A stretch of 64,000 bases of DNA from Candidatus Latescibacterota bacterium (GTDB lineage Bacteria; Krumholzibacteriota; Krumholzibacteriia; WVZY01). Location: positions 192,001-256,000 of the forward strand of contig CAWBQK010000009.1 in assembly GCA_963791045.1 (NCBI GenBank), given 5' to 3'. Shown here piece by piece: positions 22,704 through 32,766 of this stretch; within the stretch, counting starts at the first letter, position 1, and every line of letters begins with the position of its first letter. A program made the translations under genes and the position numbers. The notes beneath the pieces are model-generated. The model ran no database searches. It saw nothing but the letters and a program-made list of their open reading frames with translations, and had not been told where the DNA came from.

Positions 22704-22996
22704 GGATTATCTCCTTGTCATACTTGTGTTCGTGTCGAGGGCGCGCCGAAGGTTCGAGTACACTGCGGCTCGTTGGCGCACTCAGGAACCGCCATTTTAG
22801 CACACGGGCACCCAATGCACCAGCCACACGCGGCGACGGCGAATCCCATGTCCTGAACCAGATAATCAACAATGAGTTACAGCGGAAATCAACCTGAATC
22901 TTCGCTACGGAGGGCGAAGACATTGCAAAGGCCGCGGGGCGTGTGTAGAATAGTCCATCCATCTGGAAAGACCTCTGGATCAAAGGACTCGACATA

Positions 22997-23933
22997 GTGG
23001 ACATGCTTTTCGAAGGACCCGAAAAAAAACTCGAAATCACAACGGCGCCGGGGTATCCGTCTTTGCGATCGCTCGGCGGGGATTTCTGGCCGGCTATAGT
23101 CGAGCGAGCCCGCGCCAGCATACTGTCCACAATGTCAAACGACTCGTGCGACGCGTATTTGCTCTCCGAGTCTAGCCTCTTTGTGTGCGACCACCAGATG
23201 GTGATGATCACCTGCGGGAAAACAACCCTCGTCGAAGCCGCCGTGGCGCTTCTCGAGACGATTCCCATCGCCCAGATCGATTCACTCATATACGAGAGAA
23301 AGAACGAATACTTCCCCGACCAACAAATGACAACATTCGTGGAGGACGTTCGCGAATTCGAACGCCTTGCTCCGGGGATCTCTATCATATTTGGCAACAA
23401 GAATGCCGATCACATCGCGCTCTTTCATCTCGACCGGCACTTCGAACCGGCGCCCGATGACGCCACGTTGGAACTCTTGATGTACGACTTCGACCCCGAA
23501 ATCCGCGATCAGGTTCATAAGCTCTCAAGCGGCCGTCGATCCGATCGGCGACATAGGACTCGAAACATTCTTCGTAGACTATGATACGGACGAGCACCAG
23601 TTCAACCCGGCCGGGTACTCGTTCAACGCGATCGGGGGCAGAACGTACGCGACGCTCCACGTGACACCGCAGGAAGAGGGTTCCTACGTCAGTTTTGAAA
23701 CCAATCGCGTGTGCGACTCACTCGAAACCCGGATCATTGTGTCGCGGCTTCTCGATTTCTTCAAGCCGGCCCGCAGCGACCTTCTCCTCTTCCAGGGCAC
23801 CATCGAACTCGAGTCGATCAACAGCGGTTTTCGCGTCACGGCGTCCGATTCGCGCGAGCTCGCCTGCGGATATTCCGTAAAATACGCTCACATCGAAAAC
23901 TTCCCAACCACCCGGCAGAGCACGCCTCTCTAG
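22997..23933 (+). CDS. speD: S-adenosylmethionine decarboxylase, eukaryote-type class 2 (frameshift near 23550)
   Basis: 'FEGPEKKLE', '[10 protein letters not shown]' cleavage site, 'TCG', 'FNPAGYSFN', '[13 protein letters not shown]'. Confidence 0.88.
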
Positions 23934-23970
23934 CAACACTCGTTCTGCTCAAACGGAGGGATCCCCGGAC

Positions 23971-24845
23971 ATGTCAAACCAGTCTACCGAAGACCACACC
24001 TGGATCGAGGAACGCTTCAAAGACTTCCTGGGGATGCGGTATCGCATCAAAAAGGTTCTCTTTTCGGGCACGAGTCCTTTCCAGAAGGTTGAAATCGTTG
24101 AGACGACGGGACACGGGAAGATGCTCCTCAATGACGGCCTGGTTATGATTTGCGAGCGGGACGAGGCGGTCTATCACGAAATGATCGTTCATGTTCCGCT
24201 CTTCGTTCACCCCGAGCCGCGGCGTGTCCTGGTGATCGGAGGCGGGGACGGCGGAACGGTCCGCGAAACACTAAGACACCGGACCATCGAACACTGCCGC
24301 CTGGTTGAAATCGATGAAATGGTGGTAAGCGCGTGCCGGGAGTTCATACCGCAAACTTCGTCTTGTCTCGACGATCCTCGGGTCGAAGTGACGATTGCCG
24401 ACGGTGTCGAGTTTGTCGCGACAACCGCCGAGAGGTATGACGTCGTCATTATCGATTCGACCGACCCGATCGGCCCGGCCAAACCCCTGTTCGGAACCGA
24501 GTTCTATACAAATGTGAAAAGGATTCTGACCAGCAAGGGGATCGTCGTGTCACAGGCCGAGAACCCATGGTACGAAGCGGACAACCAGCGTTCACTCGTT
24601 CAGAATCTCGACGGTGTGTTCGAGCATCTCAGCGTCTACAATTATTCCAATCTCACATATCCTGGTGGTTTGTGGTCGTTTGCCTTTCGTCAAAGGGGTT
24701 GAGGCCGGTATCTGATTTCAACCCTTCGCGAGTGACGGACGCGGGCATGAAGTTTTTGTATTACAACACCGGCATTCACCGGGGGGCGTTTGCCCTGCCT
24801 GAATTCATGCGAAAAAACCTTGAGGGATTGCTCGACGAGGTATAA
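23971..24845 (+). CDS. speE: Spermidine synthase (frameshift near 24690)
   Basis: 'YHEMIVH', 'VLVIGGGDGG', 'IIDSTDPIGP', 'YPGGLWSF'. Confidence 0.93.
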
Positions 24846-24854
24846 GCGGGAGAT

Positions 24855-24890
24855 AAAGAGGACGCCCCCGAGGAACGGGAGCGCCCTCTT
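24855..24890. terminator. Bidirectional hairpin between speE and the MFS gene
   Basis: Imperfect stem AAAGAGGACGC...GCGCCCTCTTT. Confidence 0.5.
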
Positions 24891-24901
24891 TGAAAAGCAG
24901 T

Positions 24902-26209
24902 CTAGTCGTCCTTGCTCGATGCTGTCGTAATCGTCTCCAACCCGTGAGCATTCGGCCCCGTCTCCGATCTCCGAAGCAGCCACGCGAAGAAGAACCCGAG
25001 GAAACCCGAGATAGAGAAGATCCACATCCCAAGCGCATAGCCGCCGGGGTTGGTGACGGTTGCGCCGGAATAGTCATTGGCCCAGCCGATGAGCAGGTTG
25101 AACCCGGCAAGACCGATGTTCTGGATCATCGTCATGAGTCCATAAGCGGTGCCGAGTTTCTTCTCCTCCACGATATACGCCACCGAAGGCCACATGACGG
25201 CGGGAACCAGTGAAAACGCGATCCCCATCATCGCCATCGGGACAAGGAGCGGGATGTCCGTGTAGGCCATCATCAAATAGACCGGCACAAGGAGCACCGA
25301 TCCGAACATCATAAAGAGCGAACGTTTTGCCACGCGGTCAACGAGTAACCCGAAAAGCGGCGTGCAGATCATTGCGAATAGAGTCAAAAGACTCGAGAGA
25401 AAACCCGCGTACTCGCGCGTCGTCCCATGACCTTCCTGGAAAAACTTGATGGCAAACGTCTGGAACGGGAAGATCGCCGAGTAGAACGTCACGCACAGCA
25501 AGACGACAAGCCAGTACGACCGGCCCAGCATGAAAAGACCGGAGAAGGAGACCTTGTCGGTTTCCCCGGCGAGGCCCATCTGGTACTTCTTACTCGCCTG
25601 GTTTTCCATCACCCAGTAAACCAGCGGACCAACCACACAGAACGTCCCGAAAGCGACCGCTATAAGGAGCGGCCACTGCCAGTTCTCAAACGCTGGTTTG
25701 GCCCATGTTGGAGAGTTGAGCGCGAGAAAAGAACCGAGCCGCGCGATGGTGAGATTGATGCCGAAAGCGAATGAAAGCTCCTTGCCCTTGAACCATTTGG
25801 CAAGTGCCGTCGTCACGGCCACGATCAACGACTCCGCTCCGAGGCCGAAGAGGAGTCTTCCCGATATCATGACATTCAAGTTGCCCGATGAAGCGGTGAG
25901 CACGGCGCCGGCAAAACAGAGCACGCCAAAGACCATCGTGGCGCGTTTGACGCCTATGCGGTCGATGATGATTCCACCGATCAGCACCATAAAGATGTTT
26001 GGAATGCTGTAGATGGCATTCAGCATGCCGATGTTTTTGTCGGAGAAGCTGAGCTGCGTCTTGAGAAGATCCGCGATTGGGCTTATCGCGTCGTATACGT
26101 AGTAATTTCCGAACATCGCCAGACTGATGACGACGAGTACCGTCCATCGGTAATAAGTCGGCGGCGGCGGGAGAGGAATAGCCTGGGCGTCGTACGTCTG
26201 GTTCATCAA
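24902..26209 (-). CDS. MFS transporter (MFSD1-like)
   Basis: About 12 TM helices; 'GGIIIDRIG', 'GRLLFGLGAES', 'WFKGKELSFAFG'. Confidence 0.88.
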   Translation of the reverse strand: MMNQTYDAQAIPLPPPPTYYRWTVLVVISLAMFGNYYVYDAISPIADLLKTQLSFSDKNIGMLNAIYSIPNIFMVLIGGIIIDRIGVKRATMVFGVLCFAGAVLTASSGNLNVMISGRLLFGLGAESLIVAVTTALAKWFKGKELSFAFGINLTIARLGSFLALNSPTWAKPAFENWQWPLLIAVAFGTFCVVGPLVYWVMENQASKKYQMGLAGETDKVSFSGLFMLGRSYWLVVLLCVTFYSAIFPFQTFAIKFFQEGHGTTREYAGFLSSLLTLFAMICTPLFGLLVDRVAKRSLFMMFGSVLLVPVYLMMAYTDIPLLVPMAMMGIAFSLVPAVMWPSVAYIVEEKKLGTAYGLMTMIQNIGLAGFNLLIGWANDYSGATVTNPGGYALGMWIFSISGFLGFFFAWLLRRSETGPNAHGLETITTASSKDD

Positions 26210-26329
26210 TCCGCTCCTTGGTTTTGCGAGCGTCCGAACAGAAAAAGTGGTTATTCGCGAACGGTACCATACTACCGAATTGTCGACAATGATTTACTCG
26301 AAGTCGTGAGGGGGGGGTATCGCGGCTAT

Positions 26330-27427
26330 TTAATTGCGGAACTCGATTGACTCGGCCCACAGCGGCTGTCCGTTCTGGCACATCGCGATCCAGTAGAAGT
26401 TGGAGCGGTAGTACTCTTCCGAATCGGCATAGATGAAATCAAAGGTCATTACATGAATTCCGTCGGGAAAGACCGTCGCTTCGAGCTCCTCGATAACACC
26501 GACTCCACATACACGGGGGTAGTAGAGTCCGTTGGTCGTGAGCTTGAGCGAGTCCGAAGTCGCCGTTTCGAAAACCATGTACAGCAGTTCGCCGCGGTTG
26601 ACCACCCGCGGGAACACCCAGTATGTCGTGCCGTACGCCATCGCGGGAGCCATGTTCGAGAGCCCCGACCAGTTGTCCAGTTCGTCGCCGGTCTTCATGG
26701 CAAAAAAGTAACCCGTCTGGTAGGAGAGACCATGGACAACAAAACTCTCCGTCTCGCCCGCCGGACTCGGGTTTGGCGTGACGGCGATACGGGTCATCGT
26801 ATCCCAATCCTCCCCCGTGCTGGTGGGGTCGGCGGAGTAGCGGATATCGTATCGCGCCGCGCGGCCCAGGTTGCCGTCATCCCCGGGCGCCGTCCATGTG
26901 AGTTCGAATGAGTAATCATCCACCGCCCTCGCGGCAAGGTCGTTGACCTCGCCGGGCGGGATGAGTTCACCCGCCGTCACTCCGGACGCGCAGTTGGATA
27001 GACCCGACCAGTTGGGAACCTCATCGGCGGTTTTTAAAGCAAAGAAATACTCGGTGCCGGAGAGCAATCCCAGAACGACGATCGTCTCGATCTGTCCACC
27101 CGGTTTGGGAGTGGGGAGAATACCAGGATCGATGGGTGTGGCCTGAGCCCAGTTGGAATCGGCGATCTCGGCAAGGGAGTAACGGATATCGTACTCGGCA
27201 GCGGTACCGTCGGCTCCGTCGTCGCCGGGCGATGTCCAAACGACGGCAATTGACTGCGGGGCGGGATAGTCAAGCCGGAGGTTATCGACAATTGCGGGTG
27301 GAACGGTATCGATCGGCGGATCGACAATCACACCGGGCGTGTTTGGATTTCCCTCGTCGTCACCGCAGCCGATGAACACGACGACTATGCACATCGCAAC
27401 CACAAATATCGCCCATTGCCCTCGCAT
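26330..27427 (-). CDS. Lipoprotein with two fibronectin type III-like repeats
   Basis: Lipobox FIGC; duplicated 'WT(S/A)PGDDG..G.AA.YDIRYS...YFFA.KT.DE..NWSGLSN'. Confidence 0.78.
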   Translation of the reverse strand: MRGQWAIFVVAMCIVVVFIGCGDDEGNPNTPGVIVDPPIDTVPPAIVDNLRLDYPAPQSIAVVWTSPGDDGADGTAAEYDIRYSLAEIADSNWAQATPIDPGILPTPKPGGQIETIVVLGLLSGTEYFFALKTADEVPNWSGLSNCASGVTAGELIPPGEVNDLAARAVDDYSFELTWTAPGDDGNLGRAARYDIRYSADPTSTGEDWDTMTRIAVTPNPSPAGETESFVVHGLSYQTGYFFAMKTGDELDNWSGLSNMAPAMAYGTTYWVFPRVVNRGELLYMVFETATSDSLKLTTNGLYYPRVCGVGVIEELEATVFPDGIHVMTFDFIYADSEEYYRSNFYWIAMCQNGQPLWAESIEFRN

Positions 27428-27484
27428 CTGCTGAAATCACCTCTGTATTCTATTATACACAATTCCCCCGTGCTTGCATATATT

Positions 27485-27626
27485 CCCGTCGCCGGTCGTC
27501 TGTTGCGGTCTTTCTCTGGCCCTCGCTCCGCTTCACTCGACTAACCGCCGGCTGCGCCGACGGTGGATTCTCGCTCGCTCCCGCGAAAGGGCCTTTCGAA
27601 AGACCGCATCGTACGACCCGCGCGGG
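27485..27626. repeat. Nested inverted-repeat element (REP/MITE-like or structured RNA)
   Basis: TGCGGTCTTTC (27504-14) pairs with GAAAGACCGCA (27598-608), plus outer and inner stems. Confidence 0.55.
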
Positions 27627-27633
27627 TTGACAC

Positions 27634-27670
27634 GAAAAGCCCGAGAGGCTTGGGGCCTCCCGGGCTTTCG
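27634..27670 (-). terminator. Intrinsic terminator of the S9 peptidase gene
   Basis: Stem AAAGCCCG.GAGGC/GCCTC.CGGGCTTT with a T tract on the minus strand. Confidence 0.65.
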
Positions 27671-27693
27671 AAGCTGTCGACAAGTCGCCAGGG

Positions 27694-29757
27694 TTATTCC
27701 GCGCCGTCGCGTTTTACCCAGCGATCGAGCCAGTCGATCACCGTGTCGTGCCAGAGGATGCTGTTGTGCGGCTGCAGCACCCAGTGGTTTTCGTCTGGGA
27801 AATACAGGAACTTGCTCGGTATCCCGCGCCGCTGCAGCGCCGTGAACGTTGACATTCCCTGCGTCTCGACTACGCGATAATCCAGGGCGCCGTGGATCAC
27901 GAGCATCGGTGTCTTCCAGTTCTGAACGAAGTTCACCGGATTGTGTTTCTCGTAACCTTCCGGGTTGTCCCAGGGGGTTCCCTGGTGATCCCACTCGGGA
28001 AACCACAACTCCTCCGTGTCGTAGTACGCGAGACGTTCATCGAGATTGCCGTCGTGGTTGATAAGACATTTGAAGCGGTCGGGCCAGTTGCCCGCGATCC
28101 AATTGATCATGTACCCGCCATATGACGCACCGAGCGCTCCCACGCGGGTCCCGTCCATCCACGGATACTTCTCGAGCGCGGCGGCGAGACCCTTTTGGAG
28201 GTCTTCGAGCGGTTTACCGCCCCAGTCGCCGCCAATCGCGTCGGAGAACGCCTGGCCGTAACCGACCGAACCGTGGAAGTCCACCATCACCGCGGCATAA
28301 CCCGCTCCCGTGTACGCCTGCGGATTCCAGCGATAATGGAAGTCGTTACCAAACGATCCCTGCGGACCGCCGTGGATCAAAAACGCCACGGGGTACTTCT
28401 TCGACGCGTCGAAATCGACCGGCTTCACGATATATCCGTAAACCGTTTCGTCGTTCCAGCCTTTGAATGTGAACTGTTCCGGTTCGCCCATTCGCGCCGC
28501 GGCGATCTTTTCAGCATTTATCGTCGTGACCGGCGTCATGCTCTTGCCGTTGGTTTTTATCGTATAGAGTTCCACGGGCGACTTGAGATGATCCATCCCG
28601 AAAAGGATGCGGTCACCGGCGAGCGACGGCGAACGAACGTTCCCCATTTCCAGGATCGTTTTGACTTCGCCCTTCTTGACATCAATTTCGTAGAGCGACA
28701 CCTGGCCGAGATTGGCCGCGGCCGTGTAAATCTTTTTCGCGTTCTTCGACCAGACGATATACCGCGGCGAGCGGTCCCAGTCCTCGGTCAACACGCGCGT
28801 CTCGCCGCCGGGCCACGAACGAAGAACGATGCGGAAGCGATCCGCCTCGTAACGCGGCTTCGCCATCGCCATGTACGCAAGCGTCTTGCCGTCGGGCGAA
28901 AAAACAGGGTTCGTGTCCCACGCTTCGTTCGCCTCGGTAAGACACTCGGGCGACCGCGAGCCGTCAATCGGGGCGAGATAAAGATCGAAGTCCGTTGACC
29001 ACGGTTCCTCGAGCCCAACATCACGCGCGCCAAAGACGACACCCGCCCCATCGGGCGTGAATGTGATTTCTTCCGGGCCGCCAAACGGTTTTGACGGACT
29101 GTCGGCGTCCATCCCTTTCATTATGTCAACGGCATCCCCACCCCCCGTCGGCATGACGAAGATGTGCGCGCGCCGGCCGTCTTTCCATGTGTCCCAGTGG
29201 CGAATGAACAACCGGTCAAAAATAACACCGGTCGTCTTGGCCTCTTCCCTCTCCTTGAGCCGCTTCGTGGTGCATTCGATATCCTCACAGTCGACGAACA
29301 CTTCCATGGTGAAAGCAATATGAGCGCCGTTGGGCGACATGACGAGGTTGCCCACATCGAGCGGCTGGTCGGTGACTTGCTGGGCCTCTCCACCGGCCAG
29401 CGAGATCCGCCAGATCTGCGACGACCCCGAACGTGTGGACAAAAAGTAGATGGACGTGCCGTCAGCCGACCAGCGGGGGTTGTAATCACCAGCCGGATCG
29501 GCGGTGAGACGCTTGAGTCCCTTACCGTCAACGCCGGTGAGCCAGATGTCCGTCCGGCCCTTGTTGGCGTCGAGGTCGGTCGACCGCAGCGTAAACACAA
29601 CCAATTTGCCATCGGGCGATACGTTCGGATCGCCGATCCGGTCCATCGCCAGCATATCGTGTATCGAGAACGGGTGGGTCTCCTGGGCTCCGGCAGGCAC
29701 GGCCCTCATCATCGTCGCCATCGCCAGCACCAACAGCCATAAAATTGATTTTTGCAT
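27694..29757 (-). CDS. S9 family peptidase (dipeptidyl-peptidase 5-like)
   Basis: Signal peptide; PD40-like propeller; 'IHGGPQ', 'GASYGG', 'DYRV', 'DENHW' catalytic triad motifs. Confidence 0.94.
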   Translation of the reverse strand: MQKSILWLLVLAMATMMRAVPAGAQETHPFSIHDMLAMDRIGDPNVSPDGKLVVFTLRSTDLDANKGRTDIWLTGVDGKGLKRLTADPAGDYNPRWSADGTSIYFLSTRSGSSQIWRISLAGGEAQQVTDQPLDVGNLVMSPNGAHIAFTMEVFVDCEDIECTTKRLKEREEAKTTGVIFDRLFIRHWDTWKDGRRAHIFVMPTGGGDAVDIMKGMDADSPSKPFGGPEEITFTPDGAGVVFGARDVGLEEPWSTDFDLYLAPIDGSRSPECLTEANEAWDTNPVFSPDGKTLAYMAMAKPRYEADRFRIVLRSWPGGETRVLTEDWDRSPRYIVWSKNAKKIYTAAANLGQVSLYEIDVKKGEVKTILEMGNVRSPSLAGDRILFGMDHLKSPVELYTIKTNGKSMTPVTTINAEKIAAARMGEPEQFTFKGWNDETVYGYIVKPVDFDASKKYPVAFLIHGGPQGSFGNDFHYRWNPQAYTGAGYAAVMVDFHGSVGYGQAFSDAIGGDWGGKPLEDLQKGLAAALEKYPWMDGTRVGALGASYGGYMINWIAGNWPDRFKCLINHDGNLDERLAYYDTEELWFPEWDHQGTPWDNPEGYEKHNPVNFVQNWKTPMLVIHGALDYRVVETQGMSTFTALQRRGIPSKFLYFPDENHWVLQPHNSILWHDTVIDWLDRWVKRDGAE

Positions 29758-29897
29758 ATCGCGATATTCCTCCCTTTTGGCTCGCTCAATCGTGCGGCTC
29801 GTTCGATCGTGCAGAATGATCTTTTGGTTTTAACACCGATGGACCCGATATTCAAGACTGGATTGTGAGGCTGAGTGTTTGTGTCGGCGCGGAAAAG

Positions 29898-30938
29898 CTA
29901 ATAAGTCCAACCGATCGAAGTAACGATGCCGTAGTCCTTCTTCTCGCCCTCGCCCGATGACGCCTTGCTGTCGTATTCGAGGTAATAGCTCAAATCGAAG
30001 AAGAGATTGGAGACGATTTCACGGCGAAACGAGAGGTCATAGTTTACACGATACCGGCCGCTCTCCGTCAGACTCGGGTAGAACTTGAGCGCCGTACTGA
30101 TGTCGGTCTTCGGAGTGTTGTAGTTGAATCTCGAGTAGCTGGCCATCAAGACCCCTTCGAAACTCTGCGTCTTGTTGCCGTTTGTCGACGTTTCCGCGTT
30201 GCCGGCGAGGCCCGTGGAAAACAGGAGGATGTCGTGATTGTTCTTGATGGGGCTCACACCGGTGGTCGCCGTCACCAACAACCGGCGATCGAGATCCAAC
30301 TCGTCGTTTCGTGACACGGAGATGCTGGTGTTTCCGGTCCACTTTTTCTTGAGAAGCCGGACGTAAGAAAATGTCAGGTCAATCCGCTGCGTCGTCCCCT
30401 CCTCGCCCCCCTTGTTGGTGATGGTCGAGTTTGCGCCGAGATCGAACAGATTACGTTCAGCAACATATCGGTTGGCCCAGTTGAACGTGAATTCCGCCAC
30501 CCTGCTCGCCCGTGTGTAGCTGTATCCGACGCTCAAAGATCCGTCGATCTTTTCCCAGAAACTCTTCTGGATGGGAGTGATTTCGACGACGTTCACCTTT
30601 TCGATGGAGGCAACCGTCCCCATGCTGGCAACACGGAGTGTCGTCTCCTGTTCCTTTTTTTCCAGCACTCCGAAGTACCGCGTCCCGTTCGTGTCTTCAA
30701 CCCGGTAAAAGTACTCACTCTTGATGCCAACCACGTCCAGCCACTCGATATCGAGCGTTCCCATCGAATCGGTCTTGACCTGGATCTTGCCGCGGGTCAG
30801 TGTCTTTATCTCGCAGCTGATTCTGTCGCCGTTCTTCAAGATGAGTACGTCCGTCTTGGGCCGAGCGGACACGGGGTCCACCAGCGCGAACGTGAGAACG
30901 AGGAAAATCAGGCATATGGGGAGCACGTGCCGAGACAT
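29898..30938 (-). CDS. DUF481-like outer-membrane beta-barrel protein
   Basis: Signal peptide; 'DVLILKNGDRISCEIK'; beta strands ending 'SIGWTY'. Confidence 0.78.
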   Translation of the reverse strand: MSRHVLPICLIFLVLTFALVDPVSARPKTDVLILKNGDRISCEIKTLTRGKIQVKTDSMGTLDIEWLDVVGIKSEYFYRVEDTNGTRYFGVLEKKEQETTLRVASMGTVASIEKVNVVEITPIQKSFWEKIDGSLSVGYSYTRASRVAEFTFNWANRYVAERNLFDLGANSTITNKGGEEGTTQRIDLTFSYVRLLKKKWTGNTSISVSRNDELDLDRRLLVTATTGVSPIKNNHDILLFSTGLAGNAETSTNGNKTQSFEGVLMASYSRFNYNTPKTDISTALKFYPSLTESGRYRVNYDLSFRREIVSNLFFDLSYYLEYDSKASSGEGEKKDYGIVTSIGWTY

Positions 30939-30982
30939 GGTGACTAATCTACAATTGATCCGGGCCGCGGGCAACCGTAGAT

Positions 30983-31718
30983 TCACCCCGTTTGATCGCG
31001 AAATTCCGTCGGGGTCAGGCCCGTCGTGGCCTTGAACTGCCGCGCGAACGCGCTCTGGTCGTAGAAACCGCAGGCTGCCGCGACATCGCCGATCGATTTC
31101 CCCGTGTGCCGAAGGAGGTCGCACGCGGCATCGATCCGCGTCTTGGCGATGAATTGCCCGGCGGTGAGCTGAAAAATCTTTTTGAGCCGCTGTTCGAACT
31201 GATAGACGGAGAGCGACGACATTTTCGCCAGCGCATCGACACGGAGCGGATCCCCGTAGTGGGTCTGGATATGCTGGATGGACGCGGCCAGCTCCTCGTA
31301 TCCTTTGGCGTCGCGGGCGGGAAGGTGAAGGTCCTTCGACACACCGACGAGCCCGCACACCGTCCCGTCATCCGCAATCAATGGTGTCTTGTTGGTGATG
31401 CACCATCCGGGCTCGCCGCGGACATAGAGATGAAGCTCCAGCAGGTCCTTCACATGGGTTCCCTTTTTCAAGAACCCGCCGGTCTTGTTCGAAGTACCCT
31501 TTCCCCATCGGGTCCGGAAAAATATCGAGAACGGTCTTGCCGATAAGGGCTTCTTTATTCTTCACGCCGCAGCGTTCGACGAGCGTCTGGTTGACGACGA
31601 CATAACGCGCCTCGGCATCTTTTACAAAAAACACGATATCGGGGACCTGGTCGAAAAGCGCCTCGGACGCTTTGACCAGTGGGAGGTCGGCCGGGTTTAT
31701 GATTTCATTGTCGGGCAT
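30983..31718 (-). CDS. AraC family regulator with N-terminal PAS domain (frameshift near 31470)
   Basis: 'FDQVPDIVFFVKD', 'WCITNKTPL', 'CGFYDQSAFARQFK..TGLTP'. Confidence 0.9.
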
Positions 31719-31844
31719 CGCATTCCGTTCGTGGTTGTGCTGAAAAGCGAGTCGTGCCTTTGCTATTGTCCTAGATCGGCGTGATAAAATAAAACAAAAT
31801 CCCTACGCTTCGCGGCGTCCCCGGCACGGGACGGGAGAATCACG

Positions 31845-32747
31845 ATGAATACCGGCGTAATATTTGATATCAAACGATTTGCCGTCCACGACGGGCCGGG
31901 AATCAGAACCACCGTATTCTTCAAGGGGTGCCCGCTCGTCGTGCGAGTGGTGCCACAACCCCGAAAGCCAGTCCGCCGCTCCGGATGTCCTCTACCGCGT
32001 CCAACGGTGCATCCGCTGCGAAGCGTGCATCGAGGCTTGCCCCGAAGACGCCCGCGCGCGCTCCAACGGCGGGATCGCCCGCGATGAGGCGCTTTGTGTG
32101 CTGTGCGGCACATGCGCCGAAGAGTGCCCCTCGGGCGCGATCGAGATTGTCGGACGCACGCGAACCGTCGACCAGCTGATGGTCGAGATCGAGCGCGACA
32201 CGCCGTTCTTCGATCAGTCGGGCGGGGGCGTGACCTTCTCGGGGGGCGAGCCGCTCGGCCAGCCCCGTTTCCTCCACGAGCTGCTCGTGCGCTGCGGCGA
32301 ACACGACATCCACCGCGCCGTCGACACGTGCGGTTTCGCCAAACCGGGCGTGGTCCGATCGGTGGCCGGTGAGGTCGACTTTTTCTTTTCGATTTGAAAT
32401 TAATGGACGCGGCGGAGCACATCGAACACACCGGGCGTCACAACGAACCCATTCTCGAAAACCTCACCATGCTCTCCGAAATGGGATGCGACGTCCAGGT
32501 CCGCGTCCCGATCATTCCCGGTGTCACCGACGGCGCCAAGAATATTAAGGCGATCGGCCGCTTTGTCGCCGGTCTCCCCAACCGCCATACAATAACGCTC
32601 CTCGGCCATCATGCGACGGCCATGGACAAGTACCCGCGATTTGGCTTGAGCAGCAGCCTCCCCGGCGGTATCGATTCGCCGTCGCGGGCGGAACTCGGCC
32701 GCATCGCCTTCGATCTGGGCGAGCACGGTCTCGAAGTTGCCTATTGA
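31845..32747 (+). CDS. Glycyl-radical enzyme activating protein (radical SAM; frameshifts)
   Basis: '[16 protein letters not shown]', 'CEWCHNPES', two ferredoxin motifs, 'GVTFSGGEP'. Confidence 0.93.
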
Positions 32748-32766
32748 TCCGATGAAAGGACACTCG

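Noticed and set aside
22735-22790. GGTTCGAGT T-loop-like motif suggesting a tRNA
   Set aside because: No pairing T-stem or cloverleaf can be built
30939-31358. Long N-terminal extension of the DUF481 ORF
   Set aside because: It overlaps the AraC gene; the signal peptide begins at 30938
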